Shown piece by piece: positions 24,735 to 38,735 of a DNA stretch of 64,000 bases. The stretch is from contig CBFFRP010000127.1 in assembly GCA_965644295.1 (NCBI GenBank), positions 197,136 through 261,135 on the forward strand, in the 5' to 3' direction. The notes below the pieces were generated by a model that worked only from the letters and a program-made list of their open reading frames with translations, had not been told where the DNA came from and ran no database searches. The number at the start of each line of letters is the position of its first letter. Positions within the stretch are counted from its first letter, which is position 1. Made by a program: the position numbers and the translations under genes. Source of the DNA: Paraphysomonas bandaiensis. Taxonomy: Eukaryota; Protista; Chrysophyceae.

Positions 24735-25847
24735 ATTATCAGTAAAACATTGGAGAAAGAGACACAATACCGAAACTCCTTTTTATTTTTAACAGCTCTT
24801 ATACAGTTAGGTGGCAATATTTTTATTTTCTCGTTAACGTCCACTATAAATGTAGAGCTCGTGCTGATAAAATACAAGTAGAATAAAAGAACGTCACGAG
24901 ATATATGTATCAGATAGCAAAGTCTATGCGAAAATATGTAACATACGTTCACACGATCCTACAATACATTCAATATACACAGAAGAAATTATGTAACGAA
25001 ATAAAACATGCCATATATAGCGAAATATGGGAAATAAAAGTAGCACTAGCACTTGACAGTTCTGTCTAAGTCTAACAATATAACATAAAGTGATTCACAA
25101 CACGACGCATATGAGCGATGAACCTCACACATAAGGCACACATATACATACATAGACATAGCACAGCACTATCTATGAGAATATACGACTCACCAGCGAG
25201 CGATCCCTTTCACATTTCTATACACTACGACACGACAGCAAGGAGAGCCTGTGTCATATTCAGCTACTCTAGCCAGACACTTCCCCCCTACAACATGATC
25301 GCACACGACAAACATACCGCTCCTTAGACTATCTATCACTGTGTCGCTATCACGCATAACAGACAATACACTCACACAAATTCTTTCACTTTCAAGTCAC
25401 ATGATTACTTCAAGTGGATTGTTCTCGTTGTTCTTGTTGTTCCTCTGCTCTGAGTGTGTCGCCAGGCTCGGCGCTGCTGTCAGCTCAGTCCACATTGAAA
25501 TTCAAATACATCACTGTGTATACCGGTATACACGGAGTACAGAGAAGCAAGATGTCCAGAAGCTGTGGATGTGATGGACGATGAATACAGAGAATACCAT
25601 GGAATACGGGAGATGGATGTTCGAATCCTATGGGATTCCAACTATAGTATGTACTGTATGTGTATGTATGTGTATGTTGTGTATGTGTATGTTGTGTATG
25701 TGTATGTATAGATAGATATACACGCACTCTGATGTGTTCTTCTACACACACACAGCAAAGCAGCGCAGAGCACAGCAGAGCCTGAGCACTTGAAGAGTCG
25801 AACAGAGATGATGTCAGATATATGTGAGATGATCGACTAAACCAGTC

Positions 25848-26678
25848 ATGAGAATGATTACATTTAGTGGTGTATTATTAGCATGTTACGTGTGTGTGCG
25901 CATAGGCGCGTATGATAATAATCTTATAGTCCCTGACGAGTCAGTGATATCGAGCATGATTAGAGGATCATATAAGAGTAAAGAGTTAATCGAGAAAACA
26001 CTCCGAACACCTCGCTGGAGGAAAATATCACAAGCAAGTGGTAAAGAAGATATTTGGTTATACGAACATTACTTTTATGGCATTACGAATGGAGTCATCG
26101 TCGAGAGCGGAGCTGGAAACGGTTTCACGGATTCTGTTTCGTACTTTTTCGAAAAGTTTATGGGTTGGTCCTCAATACTGATTGAGCCAGAAAAGAGATC
26201 TTTCAGTCAACTGACGACAAATAGAACAAATTCCATTCGCGCCAATATTGGACTCTGTGACAAGCCCAGGATGCTGCATTTTTCATCTTCAGTACAACCA
26301 CATATGCATGGATATGTAGAGCTAATGCCACAGAAGTACAAGCGCAAGTATCACGCAGGTATCATCACGGGTGACTTGGAGCCCTCGACCTGTGTACCGT
26401 TACAGAGTATAGTAGATCAACTTGGGATCAATAAGATAGATGTATGGGTGCTCGACGTGGAAGGTGCCGAAGAGGTGGCCCTCAGAGGATTGGACTTCGA
26501 CAAGGTGAATGTATCGGCGGTGGTTATAGACACAGAATCGACAGACACCCCCAGAGACACTAGAAAATTAGAATACATGCGTATGAGGGGATTTAGATGC
26601 TCCGTTATAAAATTGAATATAGTCTGTTTCAATAAGTCGTTTAGGAGGAATGTGTCAAATAAGCTGAAGTTCAGCTAG
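25848..26678 (+). CDS. FkbM-family SAM-dependent methyltransferase with an N-terminal signal/anchor
   Basis: VIVESGAGNG, GWSSILIEP and IDVWVLDVEGAEEVALRGLDF motifs. Confidence 0.9.
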   Translation: MRMITFSGVLLACYVCVRIGAYDNNLIVPDESVISSMIRGSYKSKELIEKTLRTPRWRKISQASGKEDIWLYEHYFYGITNGVIVESGAGNGFTDSVSYFFEKFMGWSSILIEPEKRSFSQLTTNRTNSIRANIGLCDKPRMLHFSSSVQPHMHGYVELMPQKYKRKYHAGIITGDLEPSTCVPLQSIVDQLGINKIDVWVLDVEGAEEVALRGLDFDKVNVSAVVIDTESTDTPRDTRKLEYMRMRGFRCSVIKLNIVCFNKSFRRNVSNKLKFS

Positions 26679-27842
26679 AACTACGTGCTTATAAATTGAA
26701 TTATGCAATAAATAAAAGAACAATACCATAGAGTTCATTATATAGAAGTGATATCGAAATACGATCGCTAGATTAATGATTTATTTTATAGTGGATAGGT
26801 GTATGGAGAGAATCGACTCTTCGTAGAATAAGTTGAATATCAATATCACCTGATGGTTTGCATGAAATATTGACTAGTTTACTGATTAAAGATATTGATG
26901 TACAGCGGATAGAGTTAAAAAAGTAATATTGGACAGCCAATGGCACAATCAAAATAAATCAGGACAGGCAGTGCACATCACCATTTAACCACTTAATAGT
27001 TGTTGGAAACACTGATTATACTACAGTATATATAGTATACACATAAGTACATCTACGAATGCTAATCATACAAAATAAGCTAAATTACTTTAGCAAATGA
27101 TTTTAAAGGTTGAAAACAGTATTCTTGTTGAGGAGACCCAAATTTGATAATTAGATTGATAATTATTGCATTGATACCTAATTCAAAATATACGCGAAAG
27201 TAACCAAACAGTATACTTTCTAAAACGAGTAATGCTACGAATACTACTTTACATGCATATGTATTTCATCTTTCATGCTCAACGTGGATCATCGGATAAA
27301 TCGTCTCCGTGCTAAACACAGAGATATATATAAACCCTACGAGTTTACGTATTTCCACTTGGCGGATGATACGACGCATGACCATTTGACATAGATATAT
27401 ATTTATCTATAACTAGCACTGCTCGATATATAGCCCCCAATAAATGCCTCAGAGAATGATATCTGCTCGTTTAGAATTTTGCAGTCCCTCGTTGCAGTGC
27501 CACCCTCTCATCGTAATACAGCATCAGGTAAGAGCATATTTTCAACCGATAGGATTAACTTTGTCTGCTTGCAGTGCTATGCATTGCTGACACAATGCAC
27601 TCTAACTGTGCTAACGCATATGGGTGGAATCAAGATGTTCATTTACAATGAAGCTAAAATCAGGCATTTCTAAATAAAAGTGGCATTTTTTAGGCACAAT
27701 GTGCTGTGTACGACGTCAGTTAGGCGGCAACTGCTGTATATGTACGACGACAGCGCAGCAGCACACTGCAGATCGATCGAGCGATAGATAGATTCGCTAA
27801 GTTAAAGTGTGTGGAGTTTAAATAGAAGATTGTTATTGACGA

Positions 27843-30297
27843 ATGGATGACCGTTCAGTGGAAGGATCTGAAGCGTAAGGATGTGATTTGTGTTAACAGC
27901 TGCACATCACCAGTGCTCATATGTGTATCTATTCAGAGGGGCGGATGTGAAAAAGGATAAGATTATAAGCACGTTTGAAGTCGAACACAGCAAAGTAGAA
28001 GCACCTAAGAAGGAACTAGTTCAGTATGATGTCTTCAAGTGGACGAAGAATCCGACTGCAATTGACTATTTGCTTTACATTCCACTGAATGTCGGTCACT
28101 ACTTCAAGAATCTGTCGGCAGCGTTTGGATGGAAGTTCGTGTTTATTGTGTGCATGGTGTATGGTGCCCAGCAAGGTTTTTATGTTGCCGTTGCTGGGAG
28201 ATAGTTGACGTTAACACATACATAGGGCTTGCGAATGCATGGTTTTTTCAAGCACGGGACTATTATTGGAAAGATGTTGCAGATATATCCCCAGCAGAGG
28301 CACAGGCTAATACTGCGGCTGCACACACACCGTGGAACAGTAAGTAAATATTATTGCCAATGTACTGATGGGCTAGATTAGACCCACTATGTGGGCATAT
28401 GCTCTTCGTGAATATAGTATTTTGTTAAAAAGCTGTCGCAAATGTGATCCTCATCCCGCTACACTCGCCATATATTGTTCTGGCCCAGTACATATAAATT
28501 TTAACCTTGTTTGTAGTAAAGCCACTTTACGGGATGACGTCAGATACAGTGTCTATGTTTGGATATGAGCGTACACCGTATATTGCTATCGCAGGAGCAA
28601 TAGGGACTCTTTGCTTCACAGTCCTTGCCTCGGCACCCCTATCACTTGTATTGGCAGTGATATTTATGTTTGGAGTGAATTACTCGGTTGCATCACCTGG
28701 TAAGTGGACTTTGATTATATTCATTACCTGTATATACTTTGTAATTGTAAATGTTTACTGTGGAGTATATGTCATGCCATGAATATATTTTATGTTGACA
28801 GCAAGAGTACTGGTGATATATTTGTAGATGTGATGATTGACGCTATTGTGGCGGAGAAATGCAAGCTTCATCCAGCATTTGCCTCTGATCTTCAGTCCCT
28901 ATGCTGGGGTGCCATGGCCGCCTTTTCAATTATTGGTTACGCCACATCCGGCCTCATGATAAAATATTTAGGGCCGATTGGAACATTTGGTGTGCTAGTT
29001 GCGTCGTCATTACTGATTCTTTTTCCTGCATTGGCTGGCTTCCTTGGAGAACCGAGAAAGTGCGTGCAATCGCAGGAACCCCGACTTTCGTCGTGTGTAG
29101 AAATTGATCTTCGGCGTTTCCGACAACACCGCAACCTATTCTATTTGGCTATTTTTGTCTCCTCTTGTGCAGTGGCCCTAACTGTCGTCGTGCTGTCAAC
29201 GAAAGTATGGATATACAGGTTTGTAGCTGTGCTACTGGTTGCAGGATCAGTGTCCACTTCGGTTTATATTGCTAATCGTAAGGATCTTCCGGATGTGGCA
29301 AACTTAGCGTTACTTATATTTTTACGAGAGAGCCTTACACCAGATATCGAGACAGCTATGTTTTATTGGTAAGCTATGCACCGATACTTGAAATGAACAG
29401 TAATAGCAGTTACAGGTATACAGATGCAGACAATGGTCCAAAAGTGAGTACTCGTCTACTATATTCTTTACGCCAACTAATTAATGTTATATACAGTTTG
29501 ACCCCATATTTATTGGAGTCATTCAGTGCATTGGGTACATCACAATGCTAGTAGGCATAGGAATATATAACAAATATTTAAGTACTTGGCCCTATCGGTC
29601 CATATTTACATACACTCAGGTTGCGTATTTTTATAGTGGGTATTTATTGCTTTAATTTTGTGTTTAGATATTGATGTTATTGACTAACTTGATGGATCTC
29701 GTTATTGTCTCGCGACTAAACACAAAACTTGGAATACCGGATGAATGCCTAATATTTGGTGACATTACCCTTACACCCATGGTAAAAAGATTTTTAATGA
29801 TGCCAACGTTCGTATTGGCCTCTAAAGTGTGTCCCGATGGAGCGGAGGCGACTATATTTTCAATGCTTATGGCACTCTCCAACTTTGGGAGTGATGTAGC
29901 AATTTATTTCGGCAGTTTTTTGGTTGTCATATTTGGAGTTTCGGATGACAACTACAAGAACTTCATTTGGGTTATTTTTGTCAAGTCTCTCTTTAGGCTA
30001 GCACCAATCCCTCTTTTCTTTATCCTACTTCCTCAAGGCTCTCCTCAGAAAGATGAGGACTATAATGACACGGATTCGAAAACCAGTGGAATAGATTCAG
30101 TGATAGATGAAATCGTAGAGGAATCACGAGGTGGTGATTCCGACAAAATTCAGAGTTCACGTAGTGTAAGTAGTGTTTATGCGGAGGGGGTATATGCAGA
30201 GTCCGTGGTTAGCGATACTACTATGTCACCTATTGTACCTGCTGCCGTCGACAAAAATAGGTTGGCCAGCGCAAATGGAAGTTCTGTTGATGTTTAA
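27843..30297 (+). CDS. Folate-biopterin transporter (BT1 family, MFS), multi-exon
   Basis: HTPWN-IKPLYGMTSDTVSMFGYERTPY, DVMIDAIVAE, SDLQSLCW and KVCPDGAEATIFSMLMALSNFG motifs across GT-AG introns; includes a ~28-nt micro-exon near 29416-29443. Confidence 0.9.
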
Positions 30298-30663
30298 TCG
30301 AGAGTGGGACAAAGTGAGAATGTGTTGTATACTTCACGTATATATTTATGTCTTTATTAGAACATACAGTACTGGTGTAAGTGTTCTAGCTTCGCCAAAA
30401 AATGTATAAGCACTTCTGTACTGCAATAATAAAAATGCAACGAAATATTATTGACGTTATTAGTCCCGGAAGTAAACAACTTGTTTCATTGATTTAATGC
30501 ATTTCAATCAGTAGTATAATGTACTACTATATCAATCAGTAGTATATTTCAGATTACCCAATATTTTTCCGGAAGTAGAAAAATAGATGCTTATGGTTGG
30601 GAGAGTGATTTAGCATTTGCTGTGTGGGAAATTAGCTAGGTTTATACGGATTTATAGAGATAT

Positions 30664-32351
30664 GAGGCTTACGTAACAATTAATTGGCAATTAGTTGGTG
30701 ACAGATGTCCAACAATAATAATATCAACTATCACTCAAGCATCTAATTATTGCCAATTAATTGCTAGATTATAGAATAACTTTTTGAACTATAATCTTAT
30801 CCCAAAGATTATTTTCACGCAGAAACATCAACATTTCAAGGTGTCTAGGTGCCATTCGCCTGCGAAAATCAGTCAAAACTATCTTATCTCTGCTAAGCAA
30901 CCTCTCACAAACATTGGTATTGCTATACAAATGCTTTATGTCAACGATATGGTGTTAAACCAGTGATACACGTTCCAGCCATAAGGCGACACCTTTCGCT
31001 GGACATAACCATTTAAAGGACCACTTCCAGTTAATGCAGCTTGCCACCCTGTTACATAAATCCATGTACCTGTCTACCTGTACTGTTGGACACATCACCA
31101 GCTCTCTCTCTCTGTCCAACACACTCATAACACCACTGCAGTGTCATACACACACACAGTACACTCTACCTCCTCCTAAAAAACCCCCAGACAAACTATC
31201 TCCTCTCCCTTCGTCCCTGATACCTTGCCGTCATCTTCCTTACACACACTCTCTATGCCTCAGTCTGTACCCCCCTGCACCAACACAGACACTAACAAGG
31301 GCAGCTGAGGACGTCCGAGTGTCTCCTCCAGACCATCATCATCATCACGATCATCTCGTGCATAGGTCTATCAGAGTACTCGACCTCAGTGACTCTTGTT
31401 CTGTTGCGCAGTCTCACTCTCCTCAATCAGATGTTGCCTCTCTTGCACCATCACGCTCCCTCTCGACTCCCTGTAGCTGGACACATCGGATGACCCTCAC
31501 ATCCCACCCCTGTACAGCTATACACCCTCTTGCATGTGTTCTCTACCGCTGGCTAAAAGACAGCAAAAGAGCCGATTTCGACGCTTCTTCACAGTAGGCC
31601 ATAACCTTTTGCAAGACCTTCATCCACATACCTCCGAGCCACTTGGAACAATGCCTAAAGGAAGGCCACCAGATTACTGTTTCCCCTAACTGCCATAAGG
31701 CTAATAAGTCAGTCCCCGTGAGGTACATAAGGCTATCTATCATATAGCGAGTGGAGTCTCATCCCAAGAGGAGACCTCCAGATCACACGCGCCGGTGAGT
31801 CCCAGGACACACGATCATGGCGAGCCTCATAACACACACTAAGAACGGAAGTGGTTGCACCTTGGTGCTTGCGGCGACGCACAAGCAGCTTCTGTAGCGT
31901 TAAATAGTAGGATAAAAGAGTTTGTATTGATTAGTTACGGGTAGTAGTCTAACTAGTATGACTAGCATTCTTCTAGCCACTAATTGGTGCAGGCTTTCAA
32001 CGCCTATTGCTAAATAATCAGACATTCAATATAATAATGATAAGAATGGCTATTAAATGATTCTAGTCCATTATTGTTGTACACATACTCTACGGTTCCT
32101 CTGATAGTGGTACTTAACGGATAACCTTTTAAAACGTCGTTTACACTACTATACTTGAATATTTTGAAGCAGTTGACTAGCTGTATCTACACGATCGTTG
32201 TGAAGGTGCTATATATAATTTTTAGCCAGCCTATTAATTAGCAACGTTTACCGATAATAATTAGTGAAATTATCACTTTTAAAACCAAAATTAATTTAAT
32301 TGGCAATTATTGCCAATAAATTGATAACTAATTAATTGTTACACAAGCCTG
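30664..32351. mobile_element. Degenerate TIR element (hAT-like termini) carrying a nested LINE fragment
   Basis: AGGCTTACGTAACAATTAATT / AATTAATTGTTACACAAGCCTG inverted ends with TTGGCAATTA subterminal repeats. The candidate TSD matches only 5 of 8 bp. Confidence 0.5.
31030..32028 (+). mobile_element. 5'-truncated LINE family A copy; 5' boundary approximate
   Basis: C-rich degenerate coding tail followed by the conserved 3' UTR (31835-32028) ending GACATTCA. Confidence 0.65.
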
Positions 32352-34620
32352 CTAGATGTAGCAGATATATTCAGGAATAATAATAAGTACTGTTTAGTGT
32401 TAACTGCTGAATTCAGAAGGCTTTAGTGCTGAATTATTCTATGGTTGCGCTACTACTTGGAAATGGAAAATAAATGACCAACAACCATATGGTGAGGCTT
32501 CATCACCCATAGCCGTTGCATATAGTCAATCACTTTCAGACTACAGGGTTGCGCAACAACTAATTTTCGATTATAATTGATGGCGAATTCCTTTCAAATA
32601 ATAGAAAGTTGTTGATTAACAAGAAGTAGTTAGAATCATATATGTAGCCAACATTGTGCATATGCATCGCACTATTATGACAAGAGTATACTATTACAAT
32701 TATTATTGCATCAAGTTAGTTACAATTTACAAAATAGAGTCTAACACAAAAGTAGCAAAACTCATCTCTTATACCGAAGTATCCACTTCCACATCAGGCT
32801 AAATTCTACTATAGTTATCACATCGCAGTACTCTATTTAAGCTTTACTACTAATAATAAGTCGGTGTGATCGTGAAACCTGGTAAAGTGATTTCACCAGG
32901 TTTCATGTATGGGTCACAACTGTATAATATATGTTGTGAAAAACAGCTATATTTGAAACCCACTTTGAGCATCTCTGTTTGAAAATGTGCATCCAAACGA
33001 AAAGACTTGACATTTTTTCAAAAATATGGTATGAGGTAATTCCAATCCTTAAATCTACTATACCGGGAATCGAGACTTTTATAAATTCCAACAGATATTA
33101 TCTTGAACACGATACATATAAGGCTTAGAAAGAGTCATCAGTGTCGAATCTTTAAATCAACACTGATTGGATTATCGTAATAACTTAAATTTTCTGTCGA
33201 TCACTGGAAAGAGTTACTATTTCACAATTGCTTTTGTACTTCTTGACTCTTCTAGTGAACAAATATTCTATATATGTGCAACAAACTGTATTCGCAACAG
33301 ACAAGTATATGTCGAGCCTTGATTGTTGGTGATATGATGAAGTAGAAACCGACTTTCCCAACAGACCTCTAAAGTTGTTGGCAGATCACCAAAGAATATT
33401 ACTCTTCTAACTAGGCATTGCAGTACGAGTCACGTATTGCCTATATACTACAAATATTGTAGAGCATGTCAAAACAATACAAATAGACAAATATTACTTG
33501 CTATCGCAGCGTAATTGAGCGTAATAGATTTCACTTAATTCTCAACCTTGTCAAGTACAATTGTAAGTAGTAAAATATATACCTATGGAATACGTATGGT
33601 TCTCTAAGATAGTACTGTAGAATACGTTAAATACAATGTGAAAAACAAAAATACGTAGTCACAGATACTATACCGCTATAACTGTGAAACTGAAGTATTG
33701 TATCATGACGATTCAAGATACGGAAGTTGAGCAGTGGATGATACGAACGAAATAAATTATCCTGTTGTTGGCATGTTTTAAATGACAACACACACAATTG
33801 TGTATGCAATTTAATAAAAGAGTCTATCTAGTTTGATCACAATAAACTTCTCTAAACGATCTCAATTGTGAAAATGACCAATGGTCAATAATCACCAATA
33901 CGGTGATGCGGTGGAATATATTATCAGCCACCTTCCTATTTTATCAGTGTTTGACAATAGTAGGATGGTTGAAACTTTAAAAAATGAACGTTGAACTCAT
34001 ACAATAATGAATTAGTAAAATTATAAAGATTATCACTTAGCTATCAGTATGCACTAGATATATGATATATACCACTTCAAAGCTACCAATCATTATTATT
34101 ATTGACTGTTGCTGGCATTTACTCACTTAGCTAGATCAGCATAGATATACAGTGGCAGTCTGAATGCTTCTTTAATGATCTATACCAACACTAATCACAT
34201 CTTAGATAATCAAAATCTTATACAACCACTATATTTTAGTTGTCTAAGCATCTAAACTATCTTATAGCCTATAATTAAATTTCGTATAGTACTATCTCTT
34301 AGTAACGCCACATTATGCAAGTAACGGTTACATTTCAGTAACCTTTAAATACAGCTTCTAATTGCTCTACATCTCTGAATTGAGATTGAAATTGGCTCCT
34401 ACAACAAACAATACCACAAGAAAAATACTGCCTTCTAGGTGCCCTTTGGACTGTACACTACTACTACAAGGATGTAGTACTCATCAATGCTAAAATGACG
34501 AAAGGTATAAGAACGATCCAGTAAACACTAAATTCATTATAACAAACGTATTACGTCTATTACAATAATGTAACAGTGAAATGGCAAGAAGATATTATGA
34601 AAGAGTAAATACAGCATATC

Positions 34621-35045
34621 TTAATAATCCCCTCCTCCACCACCGAACATATCCATACCACCTTCAAGAGCATCAACCTCTTCCTCTACAGGGGCAGCAG
34701 CTTTAGGGGCATCTGCAGCAGGTGCATCACCACCAGCAGCAGGGGCTATATATAAGTGTAAGCATTTATCATTTTAGTAATACAAAATATTTTACCAGCA
34801 GCTACGGCAACAGCAACTCCACCAGCAGCAGCGGGGGATGGAAGGAGTTCCTTAATTCCACCAGCCTTTTCGACGACACCGGCAAAAAGAGGAGCCCAGT
34901 AAGGGGCAACAGAGTTTCCAGTTCCATCCAACAGAGAGTTGATGTTCTCAGCAGTGACATCAACACCGCCATCGGCGCAAATAATAGCCGCCAAACTGAC
35001 AGCGAATTGATCTTTGTCGGCACCTGTGTATGCGAGTTCTGCCAT
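34621..35045 (-). CDS. RPP1: 60S acidic ribosomal protein P1; intron 34795-34746
   Basis: AVSLAAIICADGGVDVTAENINSLL..NSVAPYWAPLFA, an Ala-rich hinge and C-terminal EEEVDALEGGMDMFGGGGGDY*. Confidence 0.93.
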
Positions 35046-36523
35046 TTCACACTATAGAATCCTGGATGATAGTGTCTGATTACCTGGACGCTAATTGCAT
35101 ACGACTCCCTCCTCAGCACAGTGAAATACATAAATACAGACACCCTCCTCTTGTAATTTTATTGGTCACAAGCCGCTAAGCTGATCTTAAAGAGATTTCA
35201 GTTTTAATTTGATTCTCTTTACTATATGTACTGTATTTCTCTCCTGTATACCAGTACTACAAGAAGCATAGAAGGTGTGTAGAAAAAGAGACGAAGAGAA
35301 GAACAGACAGACGAGCGAAGTGAGCGAGCGATCTCTGCTGAAGTGAAGAGATCTCTTACGTATGTATATATATGCATGTATATGTAGAGGCCTGTAGATA
35401 TATGGTGCTCTAAGAAACAGATAGATGACAACGCCCTCTCCATACTCTGCCCCCATGATTGGACACGGAAAATCTGACGACACTGCGACCCGAAAACTTG
35501 ACGAGTATCGCAGAGCTGCGGAGTCAACCTGTGCCTCTATTGAAAAACACAGTAACGTAAAGCGTGACTTCTGGATGTCCACTCAATTCCCTCTAACAAC
35601 TGCTAAGCTCCTCAGTTATCCAGGTGCAGTGGGTGTTTCCTCATGTAGCTGTTGTCTGACCCCTTAACGAACAGATGACACCCCTGAAAAGGTGGTTCGT
35701 GAGTCTAAATTTATTGCTCGTGAATACTCATTCAGCCGTAAACTTATGATGTATTATAAATGGTTTGCAGCTAAATCTTCTATGGTATGACTGTAATCCT
35801 TCTCATTATGATACCCTGATATTTCCTTAGATCCTGTCGAAAAAACCACCTGAAACACCAGGGTCATCTGTTTACCCTGTGTCTGAATTGAGTGATACTT
35901 TGGTTCTATCCTGTCCACAAAGTCGAGGAAGTACGTTTCGAACGAATATAGTATTTCCAGAGCCCGCCTACTGAGATGGAAATTGTTCGACAACCAGTGT
36001 ATGATATACGTGAAAAGTTATACGGTTATACTATTGTGCATGATCCTACTTCGAAGAACGTCAGTAGTACATCAGCGGCTACATACATGTTTATATTAGT
36101 ACAATATATTTATCTCATATTGTTTCCGTTATCTGAGTGGGCACCTTTCTTCGCTGTGCACCGTCTGTAGCGTTCACTAAGTTAGTGTACTTAGTATGAA
36201 AACCTTAATTAATCAGACAGGAAATTCAGACTTGGAATAACTGCATCAGAGTACACATATATACGTCGACTTTAGCTACTACTCATTAGTTTTTGTGTTT
36301 GTTATTCGATCTCACATTACGAAGCACTTTGTAGCTTTGTGGTACATTATGCTAGCATTACTGTAACTATTACTGGTAATTGGTAATGCCACTATAAATA
36401 TAAGAATGAAACATATTGTATTAATAGCCCTTATATTTGCGGGGAACTTGACACCCATTAATGGTAATGGTAAGAAAGTAAGTACTTTAAAGCTTTAGTG
36501 CATCTTCTTTTCTCCGAATTAAC

Positions 36524-36765
36524 CAGGGCCTGGTAACCATGCATTAGTGGCCTGTTAATGGTAGTCCAGTTCCCGGCAATTATGATGGCCACTAATGGCC
36601 ATTAATACCTACTAACTTAAAGTAGATAATACCGCTCATAATAGATAGAGTGATACTCCCTTAATTACTAATTTTTAATTAAATAGCAGACTATGAATTG
36701 TAACTACTTCTTGTAGGGCTTCATGGAGGGTATATGCCATTACCATTAACGGTTACCAAGCCCTG
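36524..36765. mobile_element. hAT-type MITE (242 bp)
   Basis: TIR CAGGGCCTGGTAACC / GGTTACCAAGCCCTG; 8-bp TSD GAATTAAC / GAATAAAC. Related fragments at about 15935-15981, 36370-36475, 37900-37980 and 39270-39292. Confidence 0.75.
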
Positions 36766-38244
36766 GAATAAACGCCAGACACTAGGCAATGTTCGTACAA
36801 CTCTACAGAATATTCGTGATATCTATGCGCATTATCATCGGAAAACTTCAAGGTCTGAAACTTAGAAAGTGGTTTTGTCAGCAAAGTGCCTGCTCGGAGT
36901 GTTTGCGGTTAACACTTTGAATGTGTTGTTATGTACGTCATATATATGTTAGAGTAGAGTAATAATAGGTTTTATGCACAGAAGCGACGGCCATATTATT
37001 CAAGTGACGAGCCATTTTCTAGCATATATGGAGAATAAGTATGTTCGGCAGATTACGAATTTGGACTGTGATTTAATATTTACGGTGCACCCATATAGTT
37101 TTGTGGAGAAGGAGTGGAGTATCCAACTACCAGATAAATTTGGTTTAGTTTATTTAGGGTTGGACATGTGATGGACGTCAAATTACTATATTATTGAAGT
37201 GGAGTGTTACTGTATATGCTGCGGACAGCAAGTTTTAGAGCAACAGGACGAAGGCGATTTACAAGGCACTGCTGCTGACATTAGAGATATTATACGTCAT
37301 TAATAAACTGCAATTATTTGATACAACTCTTGCCAATGCTGATTGTATTGTGTGCAATAACTGTTCAGTAAATAGCAAATTGGCTGAACTAATTGAGAAG
37401 CCATTGGTATGTTGCATCTTATATCGACTGAAAGAATTCATTCCTTCTTGATGAAGCATAAAAACAAAAAGCTTGAATTCTGTGGTTTTCTACATTATTA
37501 TAAACTACGATATATATTATGTACGTTAAATTGCATGTTATTTCCCTTGGAAAATAAAGCTATTATTATTACATAATTTTTTCTAATAATATTTGGCTCA
37601 ACGTTTTCTGGACACTGCCGAGGTCAGCAAAAGCGCTCGAATCAGTACCTGTGTGTTCAACTACCGTAGTAGCTTACTTTAAATAACACCCGATCGTCCA
37701 TGTCGTCTGGAGACGTGGCTATATTCCTTCGACTCAACTGCATGTTGTGGGATGCTACTACTTTTCACGAAGTCTTGGAAGAATATGTGCCAGTGGAGAG
37801 CAAGAAGAATGATGATATGTAGTCTGTTATTTATTTAACCTACCCTCTATTATGAGCGATATTATCTATATAGTATAATAATAATATATATGTAAAAAGT
37901 CATTAGTGGTAATTACGACCATTATAATTGCCGGGGTAGAGTGTATGTTAATGACCATTATATAATTGTAGGGAACTGGGAGGCGAGACCAAGGCTAGCA
38001 TAATATCCTGAGAAGGATGCTTCGCTTCTCCTGGTACATCGTACTATCCTGTTTTCTACAAAGCTGAATTATAAGAAAAAGGATATAATTTTCAAATCAA
38101 CTACCAAAGTTACCAATTGAATCAATATCAATGCATCTGGCTAATCATACATAGTAGACATAATAATAGTAAAAGCTCTGATGTCATCCATTATTCTTTT
38201 CCGTAATGCTAGCCCATATGTCATCAATCAGTCTTATGCATATA

Positions 38245-38735
38245 TAAATGTCTGTTTATTAGCAATAGGCGTTTGAGAGTCAGTCCCAGCTTTTTGAAGT
38301 TAGATGACCGAATTATAGTCAAAGCTACTAAATAAGTATCTACCATAAACCAACCAGTATAACTCTAGTATATCCTACTATTTAACGCTTCAAGAGTTGC
38401 TTGTGCGTCACCACAAGCACCAAGGTGCCACCACTTCCACTCGTGAATGTGTATTATGGAGAGTTAGCCGATGATATAAGTCCTACGGGGTCAATGCTTG
38501 TTTAGTCAGGGGGATGCCCTTTGGGGTAGGGCTCCGCAGGATTGGGAGGGGGTACATGATTCTGTATCAGGGTGGTGAGCGTACCGAGCGTGAGAGACAT
38601 GAGTTGAGGCATAGGACGTAGGAATAGGTTCTGGATCATCATCAGGAAACTCAATACGCAATTGGAGCGCAGAAATAGCTGGCGGAGACGCCGGCGCCAC
38701 GGTTTGGTGATGTGGGGGTGAGGTGTTGTTATGCT
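38245..38735 (-). mobile_element. 5'-truncated LINE family A copy
   Basis: The minus strand reads GGAAGTGGTGGCACCTTGGTGCTTGTGGTGACGCACAAGCAAC... followed by the family tail; a Pro-rich coding remnant lies upstream. Confidence 0.7.

Noticed and set aside
25615-25645. GTTCGAATCC B-box / tRNA T-arm-like motif
   Set aside because: No A-box or cloverleaf upstream.
32900-34100. Short ORFs in the AT-rich region, also at 35754-35993 and 36974-37459
   Set aside because: No recognisable motifs or consistent splice structure; likely decayed repeats.
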